A stretch of DNA of 64,000 nucleotides from assembly GCA_023143685.1 (NCBI GenBank), contig JAGLHE010000055.1:14984-78983 (forward strand), given 5' to 3'. Position 1 is the stretch's first letter; each line of letters opens with the position of its first letter. Positions 29,538-40,169 of this stretch are shown here, one piece after another. This DNA comes from Candidatus Omnitrophota bacterium (lineage in GTDB: Bacteria > Omnitrophota > Gorgyraeia > Zapsychrales > JANLHA01). The position numbers were made by a program, and so were the translations under genes. The notes below the pieces were generated by a model that saw only the letters and a list, made by a program, of their open reading frames with translations, was not told where the DNA came from and ran no database searches.

Positions 29538-32192
29538 TTATTTGACTTCTTGCGTTGGTAATATTACTTTAAATGTGCTGCCTTCTCCTACCTTTGATTC
29601 TACTTCAAGAGTCCCTCCGTGGTTCTCTATTATATTATGACTAACTGAGAGCCCTAATCCTGCGCCATCACCAACATCTTTGGTAGTGAAGAAAGGATCA
29701 AATATCATATCTTTGTTTTCTTCAGAAATTCCACCGCCATTATCTTTAATCTCAGTTATTAAACGATTACCGTCCTGATAAATTTTAATGCATATTTTTC
29801 CTTGTTTGCTTTCTTTTGCATATGTCTCGTTAATGCAATATATGGCATTCATTAAAATATTTGTAAAGACTTGTCCTAATTCATTCGCATTACCCTTTAC
29901 CTGAGGAACATTACCATATTCTTGTTCAACGGTAATACAATTATGCAACAAATCATGATTAATCAGAATGAGGGTATCTTCAACTATTTTTTTAATATCA
30001 ACAAAATCAAATTCTTCCTTTGATTTTCTGGAGTAATTCAATAACTGTTCAACGATAACCTTACAGCGCAGAGTGCTTCTTTCAATTAAGTTTAAAGACT
30101 CTTGCTGAAACTCATCAGTAGTTTCAAGTTTGAGCATCTCGGCATTTGTCAAGATAGTGCCTAATGGAGTATTAATTTCATGTGCTACTCCCCCGGCTAA
30201 CACACCGACTGTTGCCATTTTTTCAGATTGGACTAATTGTTTTTGTGTTGATTTTAGCTTTTCATAAGCTTCTTCTAAATCTTCATTCTTTTCCTGTAAT
30301 ATATCTACATATTCTGCCTTGGTTTCAGCCTTAGCCATTCTTTGGGTGAGTTTTTTCTCTTGATCAATTAATTTAGCATTTCCGATTGCAATAGTGGCCT
30401 GATTTGCAAGAATCGACAAAATCTGCAAATCATCTTTTGTGAAAACCTCTGAACTTCTTTCGATATTTAAAACTCCAATAACCGTATCTTTCTCTATGAA
30501 AGGCACACTTAATAATGATTCCGTATAATAACTTTCCTTATCATTATTTTTAAATCTCGAATCATTTTTCACACTGGGAACTAATAATGCTTTTTTCTCC
30601 TGAGCGACCCATCCCGAAATGCCTTCCCCTATATTGGCTCTTGTCTCTTTTGAATCATTTTGATCAATACCAATACTGGAAAAAACGGATAGATAGGGAT
30701 TATTATCAAATAGTAAAAAGGCGCATTTATCAGCGCCTAATATACGATGGGCACTGCTCGTAATAATTTCATATAAATCGACAATATTAAATATGGAACA
30801 AATAGTAGTTCCTACGCCGAAAAGGTCGGATAATCTTTTAGTGAACTGTTTCAATTGATCCTGCAACGCTTTTGTACGTAATAATGCATACACGCGAATT
30901 AACAAATCAATTTTATTAACGGGCTTTGTCATATAATCATCCGCGCCCATATTATAGCCATATATTTTATCTATTAAGGTATCTTTGCCTGTTAACATTA
31001 TTAATGGTATATCTTTTAACATATCATTTTTTCTTATTTCCTTGCAGAATTCATAACCTGACATCCTCGGCATCATTAAGTCAAGAATAATCAGGTCTGG
31101 TTTTTTCTCTGTTGCTAATTGCAAACCTTCAACCCCGTCAGGAGCAGAGATAACATTATAATTGTTTAATTTTAATCTGCTGTCAAGGACTTCAATATTT
31201 ATGGGTTCGTCATCTATAACCAATATAGTCTCGCCATTACCTTTTGGCTCCTTCTTGAATTTTTCTTCATCCTGTTTTAATTCATAAACCTTGCTGACGG
31301 GTTTCTTTTCAGTTTGTTCAGCCATGCCTGGTTGAGCCCTTCTTAACAGTGCCTGCATCCTGGCTATCAACTCTTCGTTATCAAATGGTTTTACTATATA
31401 ATCATCCGCGCCCAAGTTGAACCCTTCTACTTTATCTGCAGTGGTTACCTTGGCTGTTAATAATATTATCGGAATATCTTTTATTGTTTCATCCTCTTTT
31501 GCCATCTTGCAAAATTCAAACCCGTCCATTCCAGGCATCATGACATCCAATACCACTACGGCAGGCTTCACTTCGCGCATTTCTTTTAAGCCCTTTACTC
31601 CATCCTGAGCAGATATAGTTTTGTAGTTATGTGAACTTAAGGCCACCTTAAGTGCCTCAATATTGATAGGCTCGTCATCTACAACCAGTATAGTTTCACC
31701 ATTGCCTTTATTAGCTTTTACTTTGACAGTTTCTTCAATCTCCGGGACTGCTTTTAACATCTGCTGCCTGTCTGTCCTTTTTGTCTCCATCTGATCTTTC
31801 TGTTTCTCACTATTCCCAGAATCTATCTCAAATGGTTTTTTGGGAACAGTGAAATAAAAAGTAGTTCCTTTATCTAATTCACTCTCAACCCATATTTTAC
31901 CTTTTTGGAGTTCAACCATTTCTTTAGTGATTGCCAGCCCCAAACCAGTCCCTTCATATACTCTTTTAGCTGAACCATCAGCTTGTCTGAACCTTTCAAA
32001 GATTATATCTAAATCTGATTGATTCATTCCAATGCCGGTATCACCTACAGCTATCTTTATTTCATCCTCATTTTCATCATAAATATCGATACTTACTTCA
32101 CCATTATGTGTAAATTTCACTGCATTACCTACCAAGTTCAGCAGGATCTGCCTGAGTCTTCTTTTATCACCATATACAGTTATTTCATCCAT
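29538..32192 (-). CDS. HATPase-REC-REC-GAF-HisKA-HATPase multi-domain kinase
   Basis: Begins with GDKRRLRQILLNLVGNAVKFT; two receiver domains; AHEINTPL. Confidence 0.85.
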   Translation of the reverse strand: MDEITVYGDKRRLRQILLNLVGNAVKFTHNGEVSIDIYDENEDEIKIAVGDTGIGMNQSDLDIIFERFRQADGSAKRVYEGTGLGLAITKEMVELQKGKIWVESELDKGTTFYFTVPKKPFEIDSGNSEKQKDQMETKRTDRQQMLKAVPEIEETVKVKANKGNGETILVVDDEPINIEALKVALSSHNYKTISAQDGVKGLKEMREVKPAVVVLDVMMPGMDGFEFCKMAKEDETIKDIPIILLTAKVTTADKVEGFNLGADDYIVKPFDNEELIARMQALLRRAQPGMAEQTEKKPVSKVYELKQDEEKFKKEPKGNGETILVIDDEPINIEVLDSRLKLNNYNVISAPDGVEGLQLATEKKPDLIILDLMMPRMSGYEFCKEIRKNDMLKDIPLIMLTGKDTLIDKIYGYNMGADDYMTKPVNKIDLLIRVYALLRTKALQDQLKQFTKRLSDLFGVGTTICSIFNIVDLYEIITSSAHRILGADKCAFLLFDNNPYLSVFSSIGIDQNDSKETRANIGEGISGWVAQEKKALLVPSVKNDSRFKNNDKESYYTESLLSVPFIEKDTVIGVLNIERSSEVFTKDDLQILSILANQATIAIGNAKLIDQEKKLTQRMAKAETKAEYVDILQEKNEDLEEAYEKLKSTQKQLVQSEKMATVGVLAGGVAHEINTPLGTILTNAEMLKLETTDEFQQESLNLIERSTLRCKVIVEQLLNYSRKSKEEFDFVDIKKIVEDTLILINHDLLHNCITVEQEYGNVPQVKGNANELGQVFTNILMNAIYCINETYAKESKQGKICIKIYQDGNRLITEIKDNGGGISEENKDMIFDPFFTTKDVGDGAGLGLSVSHNIIENHGGTLEVESKVGEGSTFKVILPTQEVK

Positions 32193-32229
32193 TTTATATT
32201 ACTCTCCATAAAGATCGCGTCCTATTATT

Positions 32230-33375
32230 CTAAGTATGTACCTCTAACTTAACATTTACATCCGGCTTATCTCTTACCAGCCCTTCTGCTATAGGCATAA
32301 CTGTGTCCATTACATCTTTGAGGTTAAACTCCTGAACATCAAACTCCATCAAGCCGGCTTCAAGCTTGGAAAGATCCAGAAGGTTATTTACAAGTTCAAG
32401 AAGGCTTACACTGCATTTTTTTACCATCTGCATATGTCTGTCCTGTTCAGCATTAACAGGGCCGTCCGCGCCATCGAGTATTGAGTCTACCAGGCCGATT
32501 ATACCATTCAGGGGAGTTCGCAGTTCATGAGAAGTGTTTGCCAGGAACTCACTTTTCAGTCTGTCGAACTCTTTTAATTCCAGGTTCTGTTGGTCTAATT
32601 TCTGTATACCTGTAGACATCTTTTCAGTCATTTCATTAAATGCAACGGCTAATTCTCCGATCTCATCTCTTGTTTTGATTTGTATTCTGTGCTCAAGATC
32701 TCCTGAACCGATTTTCTGCGCGCCAAGGTGTAATAATTTAATCGGTTGAGTTAATGTACGCACAAAAATAACAGCAACAATGACACCAAATATTAGAATC
32801 CCCAGAGATATAAGAAAAATCTTTACAGTCACAACACTGACCAGCCTTTTCATTCTCTCTTGTGATGCGCCTAATATTAACGCACCAATAAGCCTGTCAT
32901 CTATTCTTATTTCACGTTTTATCTCGAGGATTTCTTCATTTTCATATCTGACCTTTTCAATATAGAAATTATTATCTTCATCAATATCATATTCATAATT
33001 AATAATTTTATTAAATGCCTCAACATTTGTTTTTCCAACTTTATTTTGATCACTATCACCGATTATTCTACCGGTATCATCAAATAGCGTTAAATATAAT
33101 ATGTCCGTTTCCTCTATAACATTAGTACAAATTTTTATCAACAGAGTATAATCCCAGCTTAAAGTTGCCTCTTTACTGTTTTGTGCCAGGCTGGATGATA
33201 ATGTTTCTAAACGCATCATATTCTCAGTCCGGATCATATTTCGTATATTATTCAGGAAGAATATACTCGAAGCCAGAATAGCAAGCACTAGAAGGGAAAT
33301 GGTTACAATGAGGTATTTTTGCAGAATGCTTAAGGTTAATCTTTCTTTCTTAACAGGGATTTTCAATTCGTCCAT
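32230..33375 (-). CDS. Membrane sensor-HAMP-HisKA protein lacking an HATPase domain
   Basis: Two TMs, HAMP (DEIGELAVAFNEM), SHELRTPL; ends before the N box. Confidence 0.82.
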   Translation of the reverse strand: MDELKIPVKKERLTLSILQKYLIVTISLLVLAILASSIFFLNNIRNMIRTENMMRLETLSSSLAQNSKEATLSWDYTLLIKICTNVIEETDILYLTLFDDTGRIIGDSDQNKVGKTNVEAFNKIINYEYDIDEDNNFYIEKVRYENEEILEIKREIRIDDRLIGALILGASQERMKRLVSVVTVKIFLISLGILIFGVIVAVIFVRTLTQPIKLLHLGAQKIGSGDLEHRIQIKTRDEIGELAVAFNEMTEKMSTGIQKLDQQNLELKEFDRLKSEFLANTSHELRTPLNGIIGLVDSILDGADGPVNAEQDRHMQMVKKCSVSLLELVNNLLDLSKLEAGLMEFDVQEFNLKDVMDTVMPIAEGLVRDKPDVNVKLEVHT

Positions 33376-33460
33376 ATTTGGAATCTGCCTTGTTGTAAAT
33401 TTTAAGGAGAGCCTGAACAGTGCAGAAATTACACACTGTTCAGGCTCTCCTTTTTGATAA

Positions 33461-34393
33461 TTATTTATTACCTTTCTTTTCTTTTTTCTTCTTGTCAGCC
33501 ATTGATTGCCAGTGGTCGAGATCATAAAATTCGGGGCCATAAACAGTATCAATTACTTTTTTTATTCCTATATAATCTTCCCATGTGACAGATACCCATT
33601 TATCATATTTTCTAGCAACCTTTAACATACCTTCCATATCTTTCTCGTGCATATTCAGGACAGCATCCTTAACTTTTTTCAAGGTCGCTTCATCAACTTT
33701 TTCTGTGTTTACGCAAAAAGGAAATTCAGGAACAGCAGTATGTCTCCAAAGACTCCTTAATTTTGCGCCTTCTGTATTAAATGAATCGAAGGTTGCCTCA
33801 TTAATAAAACAGCCATCGAATTGTTTACTAATTACGGATTGCGCGGCATTGTCATGCCTTCCCAAGTATTCAAATGTACCAAAATAAGTAAACTTATCAA
33901 TGTTTTGATTTTTAAGCCAGGCACTGGGCATTAAATTCCCTGATGTTGAAGAGGCACTGGTTCCGCATACTTTCTTGCCTTTCAGGTCTTCAAGTGACTG
34001 AAAAGGAGCATCTACTCTTACTGCAAGATGTCCGTGATAAGCTGGTGCTCCGGATTTTTGAGCACATGCAAATGGAACAACAGGACCGGTTTCATGTGCC
34101 TGCACACAGGTAACAGAGGCAAGCCAGGCAAAATCAATCTTACCGGTTGATATATCTCTGACAATAGCCGTGTATCCGCCGGTATATCCTGTAGTCGGAT
34201 ACAGTCTTAATCGAATGTCCAGCCCGGTTTCTTCTTGTAAATGTTTTTCAACTGCATCAAATCTTTTTAACATTTCAGAGGGTTTTCTCAGAGGGAGGAT
34301 TCCTAGGTAATAAGTTCTTGCCCAAGCTGCTTCAGCTTGTGAGAAGAAAATACACAAACATACCAACGTGATTCCTATAACTTTTTTGACCAC
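33461..34393 (-). CDS. PhnD/phosphonate-type periplasmic binding protein
   Basis: Signal peptide, SLEDLKGK, STSGNLMP, GRHD. Confidence 0.85.
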   Translation of the reverse strand: MVKKVIGITLVCLCIFFSQAEAAWARTYYLGILPLRKPSEMLKRFDAVEKHLQEETGLDIRLRLYPTTGYTGGYTAIVRDISTGKIDFAWLASVTCVQAHETGPVVPFACAQKSGAPAYHGHLAVRVDAPFQSLEDLKGKKVCGTSASSTSGNLMPSAWLKNQNIDKFTYFGTFEYLGRHDNAAQSVISKQFDGCFINEATFDSFNTEGAKLRSLWRHTAVPEFPFCVNTEKVDEATLKKVKDAVLNMHEKDMEGMLKVARKYDKWVSVTWEDYIGIKKVIDTVYGPEFYDLDHWQSMADKKKKEKKGNK

Positions 34394-34498
34394 ACTACAC
34401 CGTCCTTTCTGTTTTTTTATTAAACTTTATTTTTTCTAAATATAACATGTTTCCAACAAATCCACAAACAATTCATCGATTTTTTAAAAAAAATTTTT

Positions 34499-34520
34499 CA
34501 CTACTGTCCTGACATAAGTT
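34499..34520 (-). mobile_element. Possible IS4-family terminal repeat remnant
   Basis: Minus strand ..GGACAGTAGTG resembles IS4-type ends (from memory). Confidence 0.3.
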
Positions 34521-34735
34521 AATTATTTGTAATAAGTTATGACTTTCGCAAGTTCTAAAAACATAATTTTTGCTAGTTTCTCGTCGACAACGACTTTATT
34601 CTGTGGCTGTGAAAAGCATGAAAAAATGTAATACTGGAAGTCGAAACGCAGTTGATAATTGTCATAATTTTGAGGGTCGACCTCAATACGATCTGGCAGT
34701 ATAAATAAACACTTGTACAAAATTCGCGTAAATGC

Positions 34736-35017
34736 GCGGATTCAATTAGCAAGTGCAACACTTTGTTCTAGAAAGACCTGAACAGGAATTTTAAATCCTA
34801 GACATTTGCGAGGCCTATTGTTTAACAGAAATTCAATTTCTTTGATGCGTTTATGAGTTATTTTAGCAAAATCTGTTTTCTTGGGAAGAAATCTTCTGAT
34901 TAATCCATTAACATTTTCAACAGAACCTTTCTCCCAGCTGTGATAGGGATTACAAAAATAAGAGTCAGAGTTTAGCTCATCGTTGATAAGTTCTTGTAAA
35001 ACATTCTCTGAGCCATT
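34736..35017 (-). mobile_element. IS30-family transposase 3' fragment with right end
   Basis: Manual translation NGSEN..YFCNPYHSWEKGSVENVNGLIRRFLPKKTDF..LNNRPRKCLGF..VALAN*; end GTTGCACTTGCTAATTGAATCCGC. Confidence 0.88.
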
Positions 35018-35081
35018 GGAATCAAAAATATCATAAAATCATTTTGACGATTTCCAAAATTATTCAGGAACGAAAAAAATT

Positions 35082-36263
35082 TTAACAAATTACTGTCTTG
35101 TATAAACTTAACGTTGCCTGGGCAACATCTATTTTCCTGTAAGATGCCTCTACCATTTTACGTCCTGTTGCTCCTAATCTTGCTCTAAGATCTTTGTCAG
35201 CCATAACCTGAATTATCCTTGAAGCTAACTCTTCAGAATCCTTAACAGGGATCACAAATCCGTTTACCGCGTCAGAGATAATCTCAGGCATCCCCCCTGT
35301 TTTTGTAACAATCATCGGCCTTGAACATGCCATTGCCTCTAACATCGTTAATCCGAACGGCTCAAAACTTGAAGAGGGATAAACACAAACTTGTGAAACG
35401 TTATAAAGAGCCGGCATATCAGTTAAGTCATATGAATCAATAAGAACATTGTCCCTTAGGCCAAATTTCTCGACTAGCTGAACCATATAAGCAATATCCT
35501 TCTGCTGAGTGTCTCCCCAATCAATAATATTCTTTGTCCCTGCCAATACAAGCATAACATCCGGATATTTCCTTTTAACAGTCCGTAATGCCTTTATGCT
35601 CACATCACATCCTTTTGCCAGGCCCATACGCGCCGGATGAAAGATAACTCTTTTCCCCTTTAACTGAGGATATTTCTTAAGTATCTTTTTTGTATCAGCA
35701 TTGGGATTAAACATGTCCTCATCAACGCCATGGTGAATTGTTGTGACAATCCTATGATCACATCCTATTCCGTTTAATTCCTTAGCAATAAAATGGCTGA
35801 CAGCAATAATATGATTCCATGCAATCGTAGAGGTCAACTCCAAAAACTGAACATCATCCCAAGCATTGTGTGCGGTCAGAAAAAGAGGAATACCTTTTTG
35901 AATGGCCAAGCGCTCCAATGCTTTAATATGAGCTTTACTGAAATAATTCATATTGTGCGCGTGAAGAACATCAGGCTTGTTCTTATCAATAAATTTCTTA
36001 AAGACTCTTGCAGTTTCTACCTGGATTCCATCCAGCCCTCTTTTATACAGCCAGTTCAAATCCATAACCGGGTTTCGTGTAACTTTGACACCGTTATAAT
36101 CATCTTCACCGGGATACCCTTCAAAACTGCACGTTAATAAGCTTGCTTTATGCCCCATGGACACAAAGGCCGGCAATAAAATCGTAAGATGCGTTTCAAC
36201 CCCGCCTATGACAGGCGGGAATCCCCAATGCAAATGCGCAATATTTAGTTTCTTTTTAGACAT
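35082..36263 (-). CDS. GT4-family glycosyltransferase
   Basis: GGVETH, EPFGLTMLEAMA, GGMPEII. Confidence 0.9.
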   Translation of the reverse strand: MSKKKLNIAHLHWGFPPVIGGVETHLTILLPAFVSMGHKASLLTCSFEGYPGEDDYNGVKVTRNPVMDLNWLYKRGLDGIQVETARVFKKFIDKNKPDVLHAHNMNYFSKAHIKALERLAIQKGIPLFLTAHNAWDDVQFLELTSTIAWNHIIAVSHFIAKELNGIGCDHRIVTTIHHGVDEDMFNPNADTKKILKKYPQLKGKRVIFHPARMGLAKGCDVSIKALRTVKRKYPDVMLVLAGTKNIIDWGDTQQKDIAYMVQLVEKFGLRDNVLIDSYDLTDMPALYNVSQVCVYPSSSFEPFGLTMLEAMACSRPMIVTKTGGMPEIISDAVNGFVIPVKDSEELASRIIQVMADKDLRARLGATGRKMVEASYRKIDVAQATLSLYKTVIC

Positions 36264-36295
36264 TAATGACTCCTTAATTTATATTGTAGTAGCCC

Positions 36296-36324
36296 GTGGG
36301 GAACGGTTTAAAACCGTTCCCTAC
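36296..36324 (-). repeat. GTAG-type REP palindrome
   Basis: GTAGGGAACGGTTTTAAACCGTTCCCCAC. Confidence 0.6.
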
Positions 36325-38648
36325 TAATAATATCCAGCTTCTACCAGTTTCTCTTTACGTCGAAAAATGTGTTCTTTTGCCGGGCTCAACAGATGGGTTT
36401 TCCCGAAAACCTGAATCTTCACCTTCTTCTTATTTCTTGATTCACATTTAATCCGTACTTCATTATTCTTAACTTCAAATCTTAAAATATCTTTTTTCCA
36501 AAACAACGCGAACTTCATCTTCCGCCAGGTTCCAGGAACCCTTGGATTCACGCGGAGAAGGCCGTTTAATCCGCGAACACCGGCAAATCCATGAATAACA
36601 TCTTGCCAAACCCCTCCCAAAGAAGCAGCGTGAATTCCTTCGGGTGTATTTCCATGCAGATTACTGATATCAGCTCTTAAGGCTACATTAAAGAACTGAT
36701 ACGCTTGACTAACAGCTCCAACTTCAAGAGCAATAAGAGCGTGCATTGAAACACTTAATGATGATTTATGCAATGTTCGACTGTAGTAATACCAGAAATT
36801 GCTTTCTTTGGTTTTCTTATTAAATATATCAGAAAGCAGAAAGAGACACATCAACACATCCGCCTGCTTCACTAACTGCGTCTTGTTGTAATCCTTTACT
36901 TTAATTCCGTCGGGCAAAGACGGGATATTGTTCTCATCGAACTTAACAAGATCTATCATCTTCTTTTTGAAGAACCCGTCAAACTCCTCTATAACATTAT
37001 CCTCTCTTATCTTAATATCGATGCGAGGCGCAATATATTTCCACTTCTTCACTTCTTTCTCAGCTAAAGATGTTGTTTTAACCAACTTGTCAAAAAGCCT
37101 TCTATTGCTTTTCTTAAGAGTATTATAATATTTGTACGCGGTTAACAAACACCACTTAGCCATGACATTTGTATAAGCATTATTATTCACATCTTCATGA
37201 AATTCATCCGGGCCGATAACATTTCTTATTTCATATCTACCTCTTCTATTACGAACAGTCCTGCTTGCCCAAAACCGGGCGATTTCAAAAATCATTTCAT
37301 ATCCTTGATCCTTCATAAATTCTTTATCGTCTGCAACCTGAAAATACTGAACAATCGCATAAGCGATATCCGCTGCGATATGATGCTCCAGGTCATTTGT
37401 CCTTATAGGAATAACTTCCCCGTCCAAATTTTTTGCCCATGAAGGCGTTTCTTCTTCACCTGTGCCTGCAGACTCCCACGGGAACATTGCACCTTCATAG
37501 CCTTTTTCTTTCGCGATTATTTTTGCCTGCTGTATTCTTTTATGCCTGTACATCAGCATGTTCTTTGCTACATCCGGCATGACATACGCGTAAAACGGCA
37601 GCAAAAATATTTCGGCATCCCAGAAGATGTGGCCTCTATATCCTTCGCCGCTGAGCGTCCGCGCGCCAATGCTTGAAAAACCCTGATCATCATGAGCACA
37701 GATAAGCATATGATAAATATTGAAGCGGACATTCTTTTGAATATCTGCTGTTCCCTCAATAATAACGTCCGCAATCTCCCATAATTTGCGCCATTGCTGG
37801 ATATGCTTCTTAAAAAGACTTTCAAAATGGCCACGATACGCTTTTTGAAATTCAATCTGTGATTTCTTCTTATTCTTTTTAAATTCAGATTCACCTTGTC
37901 CCATAACAGATATATGGTAAACAACAGTGAAAACAACGGATTGCTTTTTCTTAAGTTTTAAACGCACAAAATTGTCCCGCGCGTATATTTTTTTATTACC
38001 AATTTTGTAATAAAATCCATTTCGATAAATAACGCGATTGGTTTTTTCAAGTGTATCAATGACACGATAATTAGCATTATCTTCGCGCTCTAAATCCCTA
38101 ACAACAAAATGTCTTTTTCGCCCTTCTGTCAGGACCCCCCTGTTATGAACGCCCGTGTCAATATCTGTTTGTACTTCAAGCTTCACATCTTGATCTAACG
38201 GTGTAAGAACTATCCGCATAATCATTAAATTCTTATCGTGCATGGACATAAATCTCATAGATTGATAATCGTATCGTCTTTTCTTGCTATCCGAATAAAC
38301 AGTCCGTCTTACCACTAAGCCATCTTGCATATTCAAAATTCTTTTATGCTCCAGAATATCCATAGCAACGGCCCCCAGTTTTTCACCGTTAGCTGTAATT
38401 TTAAAATTAACTGGATTCGGAAAATTAACCAACTCACTTACTTGTGAAGTGAATCGATCAAAAACACCGGCGATATAGGTTCCCGGCATAGCTCCCTGGG
38501 GAATTTCTTCCAGGACACCACGCGTTCCAAGCAACCCATTACCCAAGGCAAACTGAGTCTCTCGAATATCCTGAATCTCTTTATCAAAGCCGTCTTCTTT
38601 GACGCACCAGAGATCCCCTGCCGTATATTTTGAAAATATTTCTTTCAT
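36324..38648 (-). CDS. GH65 glycoside phosphorylase (trehalose/kojibiose/maltose phosphorylase family)
   Basis: GEGYRGHIFWDAE, IGPDEFHE, KQADV, SSLS. Confidence 0.92.
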   Translation of the reverse strand: MKEIFSKYTAGDLWCVKEDGFDKEIQDIRETQFALGNGLLGTRGVLEEIPQGAMPGTYIAGVFDRFTSQVSELVNFPNPVNFKITANGEKLGAVAMDILEHKRILNMQDGLVVRRTVYSDSKKRRYDYQSMRFMSMHDKNLMIMRIVLTPLDQDVKLEVQTDIDTGVHNRGVLTEGRKRHFVVRDLEREDNANYRVIDTLEKTNRVIYRNGFYYKIGNKKIYARDNFVRLKLKKKQSVVFTVVYHISVMGQGESEFKKNKKKSQIEFQKAYRGHFESLFKKHIQQWRKLWEIADVIIEGTADIQKNVRFNIYHMLICAHDDQGFSSIGARTLSGEGYRGHIFWDAEIFLLPFYAYVMPDVAKNMLMYRHKRIQQAKIIAKEKGYEGAMFPWESAGTGEEETPSWAKNLDGEVIPIRTNDLEHHIAADIAYAIVQYFQVADDKEFMKDQGYEMIFEIARFWASRTVRNRRGRYEIRNVIGPDEFHEDVNNNAYTNVMAKWCLLTAYKYYNTLKKSNRRLFDKLVKTTSLAEKEVKKWKYIAPRIDIKIREDNVIEEFDGFFKKKMIDLVKFDENNIPSLPDGIKVKDYNKTQLVKQADVLMCLFLLSDIFNKKTKESNFWYYYSRTLHKSSLSVSMHALIALEVGAVSQAYQFFNVALRADISNLHGNTPEGIHAASLGGVWQDVIHGFAGVRGLNGLLRVNPRVPGTWRKMKFALFWKKDILRFEVKNNEVRIKCESRNKKKVKIQVFGKTHLLSPAKEHIFRRKEKLVEAGYY

Positions 38649-38693
38649 AATATAATTCTACCAAAATCTTATCTGTTTTAAGACTAAAAATCT

Positions 38694-38849
38694 TTATTTC
38701 TTTTCAATATCCCGCACGCTTGCCTCTCCAAGATGCCTAACAAAGCCGCTCTTTCTTGACACTATAATATCTGCCTCGCGAATGGATCGCAGGGTATTCG
38801 AATTTATAAAAAACATAACTTGCTTCTTTATGTCCGTCTTTATCATCAT
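38694..38849 (-). CDS. Possible 51-aa small protein
   Basis: Manually read ORF MMIKTDIKKQVMFF..DIEKK; no clear RBS. Confidence 0.25.
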   Translation of the reverse strand: MMIKTDIKKQVMFFINSNTLRSIREADIIVSRKSGFVRHLGEASVRDIEKK

Positions 38850-38913
38850 GCAAAGACGTGTAATGGTTAAATATTTTTCCTCAAGTTAGCTCGCCCTAGC
38901 TCGCCACTTGCAA

Positions 38914-38944
38914 CCGTATAGGAATTTTTCAAATTCCTATACTA
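38914..38944. repeat. Family A element, short hairpin-only copy
   Basis: CCGTATAGGAATTTTTCAAATTCCTATACTA. Confidence 0.7.
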
Positions 38945-39419
38945 AAATTTAAATCACTCCAATTTATCCTGAAATTCCCTACGGTGAACATGGCAGTATT
39001 GTTCCGGATTATAAACACTCAAGCGCTTCGCGCAACCATATTTCTTGCAGACCCGCCCCTTTTTATATTGTTTAGGCGGATTTTTTTTTGTAATTATTCG
39101 GGCATACATCGAACTTAACCTATCCTTCAACTTTTAACGATAAAATTAATCGCTTGCATTAACAATTGTTCGGCGTTTTATATACGCCTGCTCATTACTC
39201 GTTGGCGCTAAAACAAGCATTATAGCACTAAAAGATAACAACATGGGCAAAATTACAATATTACATCATTCCTCGTCATATGCCCCCCCCGATTGATCAC
39301 CAACCTGCCCATTACAAATTAAAAATTCTTATTACAATCTTTTATTCTTTATGTATAATATACACTCTCTTATATTTAATAATTGGTATTAGTAAATATA
39401 CCTTCAACAGGAGCCCTAT

Positions 39420-40169
39420 ATGGAAAACAATAAAATCATTAACGCAGAAAAATTACCCCTTGAGGTTCAGAACAAGTTTATCCCTTACCTGAAGATGATG
39501 GTAGAGATTCATAAGGATCATCTAATTTCTGTTTTTATTTATGGGTCTGCCACAGGAAAAAATTATATACCAAAAGTTTCTGATATTAATTCCGTATTTA
39601 TTTTTAAAAACCTTGCCTTCGCATCGCTCACGGATAGTCTCAAGACAGTTTCCAAAGGAATTTCTAAAAAGATTGCGGCCCCATTATTCTTAACCAAGAA
39701 ACATATTGAAACTTCCCTGGATGTCTTTCCTATAGAATTCTTAGACATGAAAGAAAACTATATCTTGCTGTATGGCACGGATTTTTTATCTGCCTTAAAT
39801 ATCAAAGAGGAACATATCCGCCTTTTCTGCGAACAACAAATCAAAGGGAAACTGATACGGATACGCCAGGCTTACCTGGAGGTTGGGCTTAAGAAAAAAG
39901 GGTTGGAATCTTTATTAAAAGAATCTCTTAATTCACTCATTCCTGTTTTCAGAAATCTCATCCGTCTCAAGGGAAGCCAACCCCCAACGGAAAAAAGTGA
40001 GATCATTAAACAACTTTGTTCGGAATTCGGCCTTGATGAAAATGTTTTTCTGCCCATCTATAAAGACACAAGCAATGATGAAAAAATAGCCAATCAGGAC
40101 GTCGTTGTTTTCATAGAAAAATATTTGGACCAAATAAAAAATCTGGCTGTTGGAGTAGATCAGCTATGA
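39420..40169 (+). CDS. Nucleotidyltransferase-like protein
   Basis: IYGSA..SDIN, DVFPIEFLDM. Confidence 0.7.
   Translation: MENNKIINAEKLPLEVQNKFIPYLKMMVEIHKDHLISVFIYGSATGKNYIPKVSDINSVFIFKNLAFASLTDSLKTVSKGISKKIAAPLFLTKKHIETSLDVFPIEFLDMKENYILLYGTDFLSALNIKEEHIRLFCEQQIKGKLIRIRQAYLEVGLKKKGLESLLKESLNSLIPVFRNLIRLKGSQPPTEKSEIIKQLCSEFGLDENVFLPIYKDTSNDEKIANQDVVVFIEKYLDQIKNLAVGVDQL

Noticed and set aside
34523-34761. Two short minus-strand ORFs
   Set aside because: They lie in IS-remnant DNA with no RBS or motifs
38950-39400. Possible ncRNA in a long intergenic region
   Set aside because: Only isolated hairpins are present; no recognisable riboswitch, 6S, tmRNA or RNase P consensus
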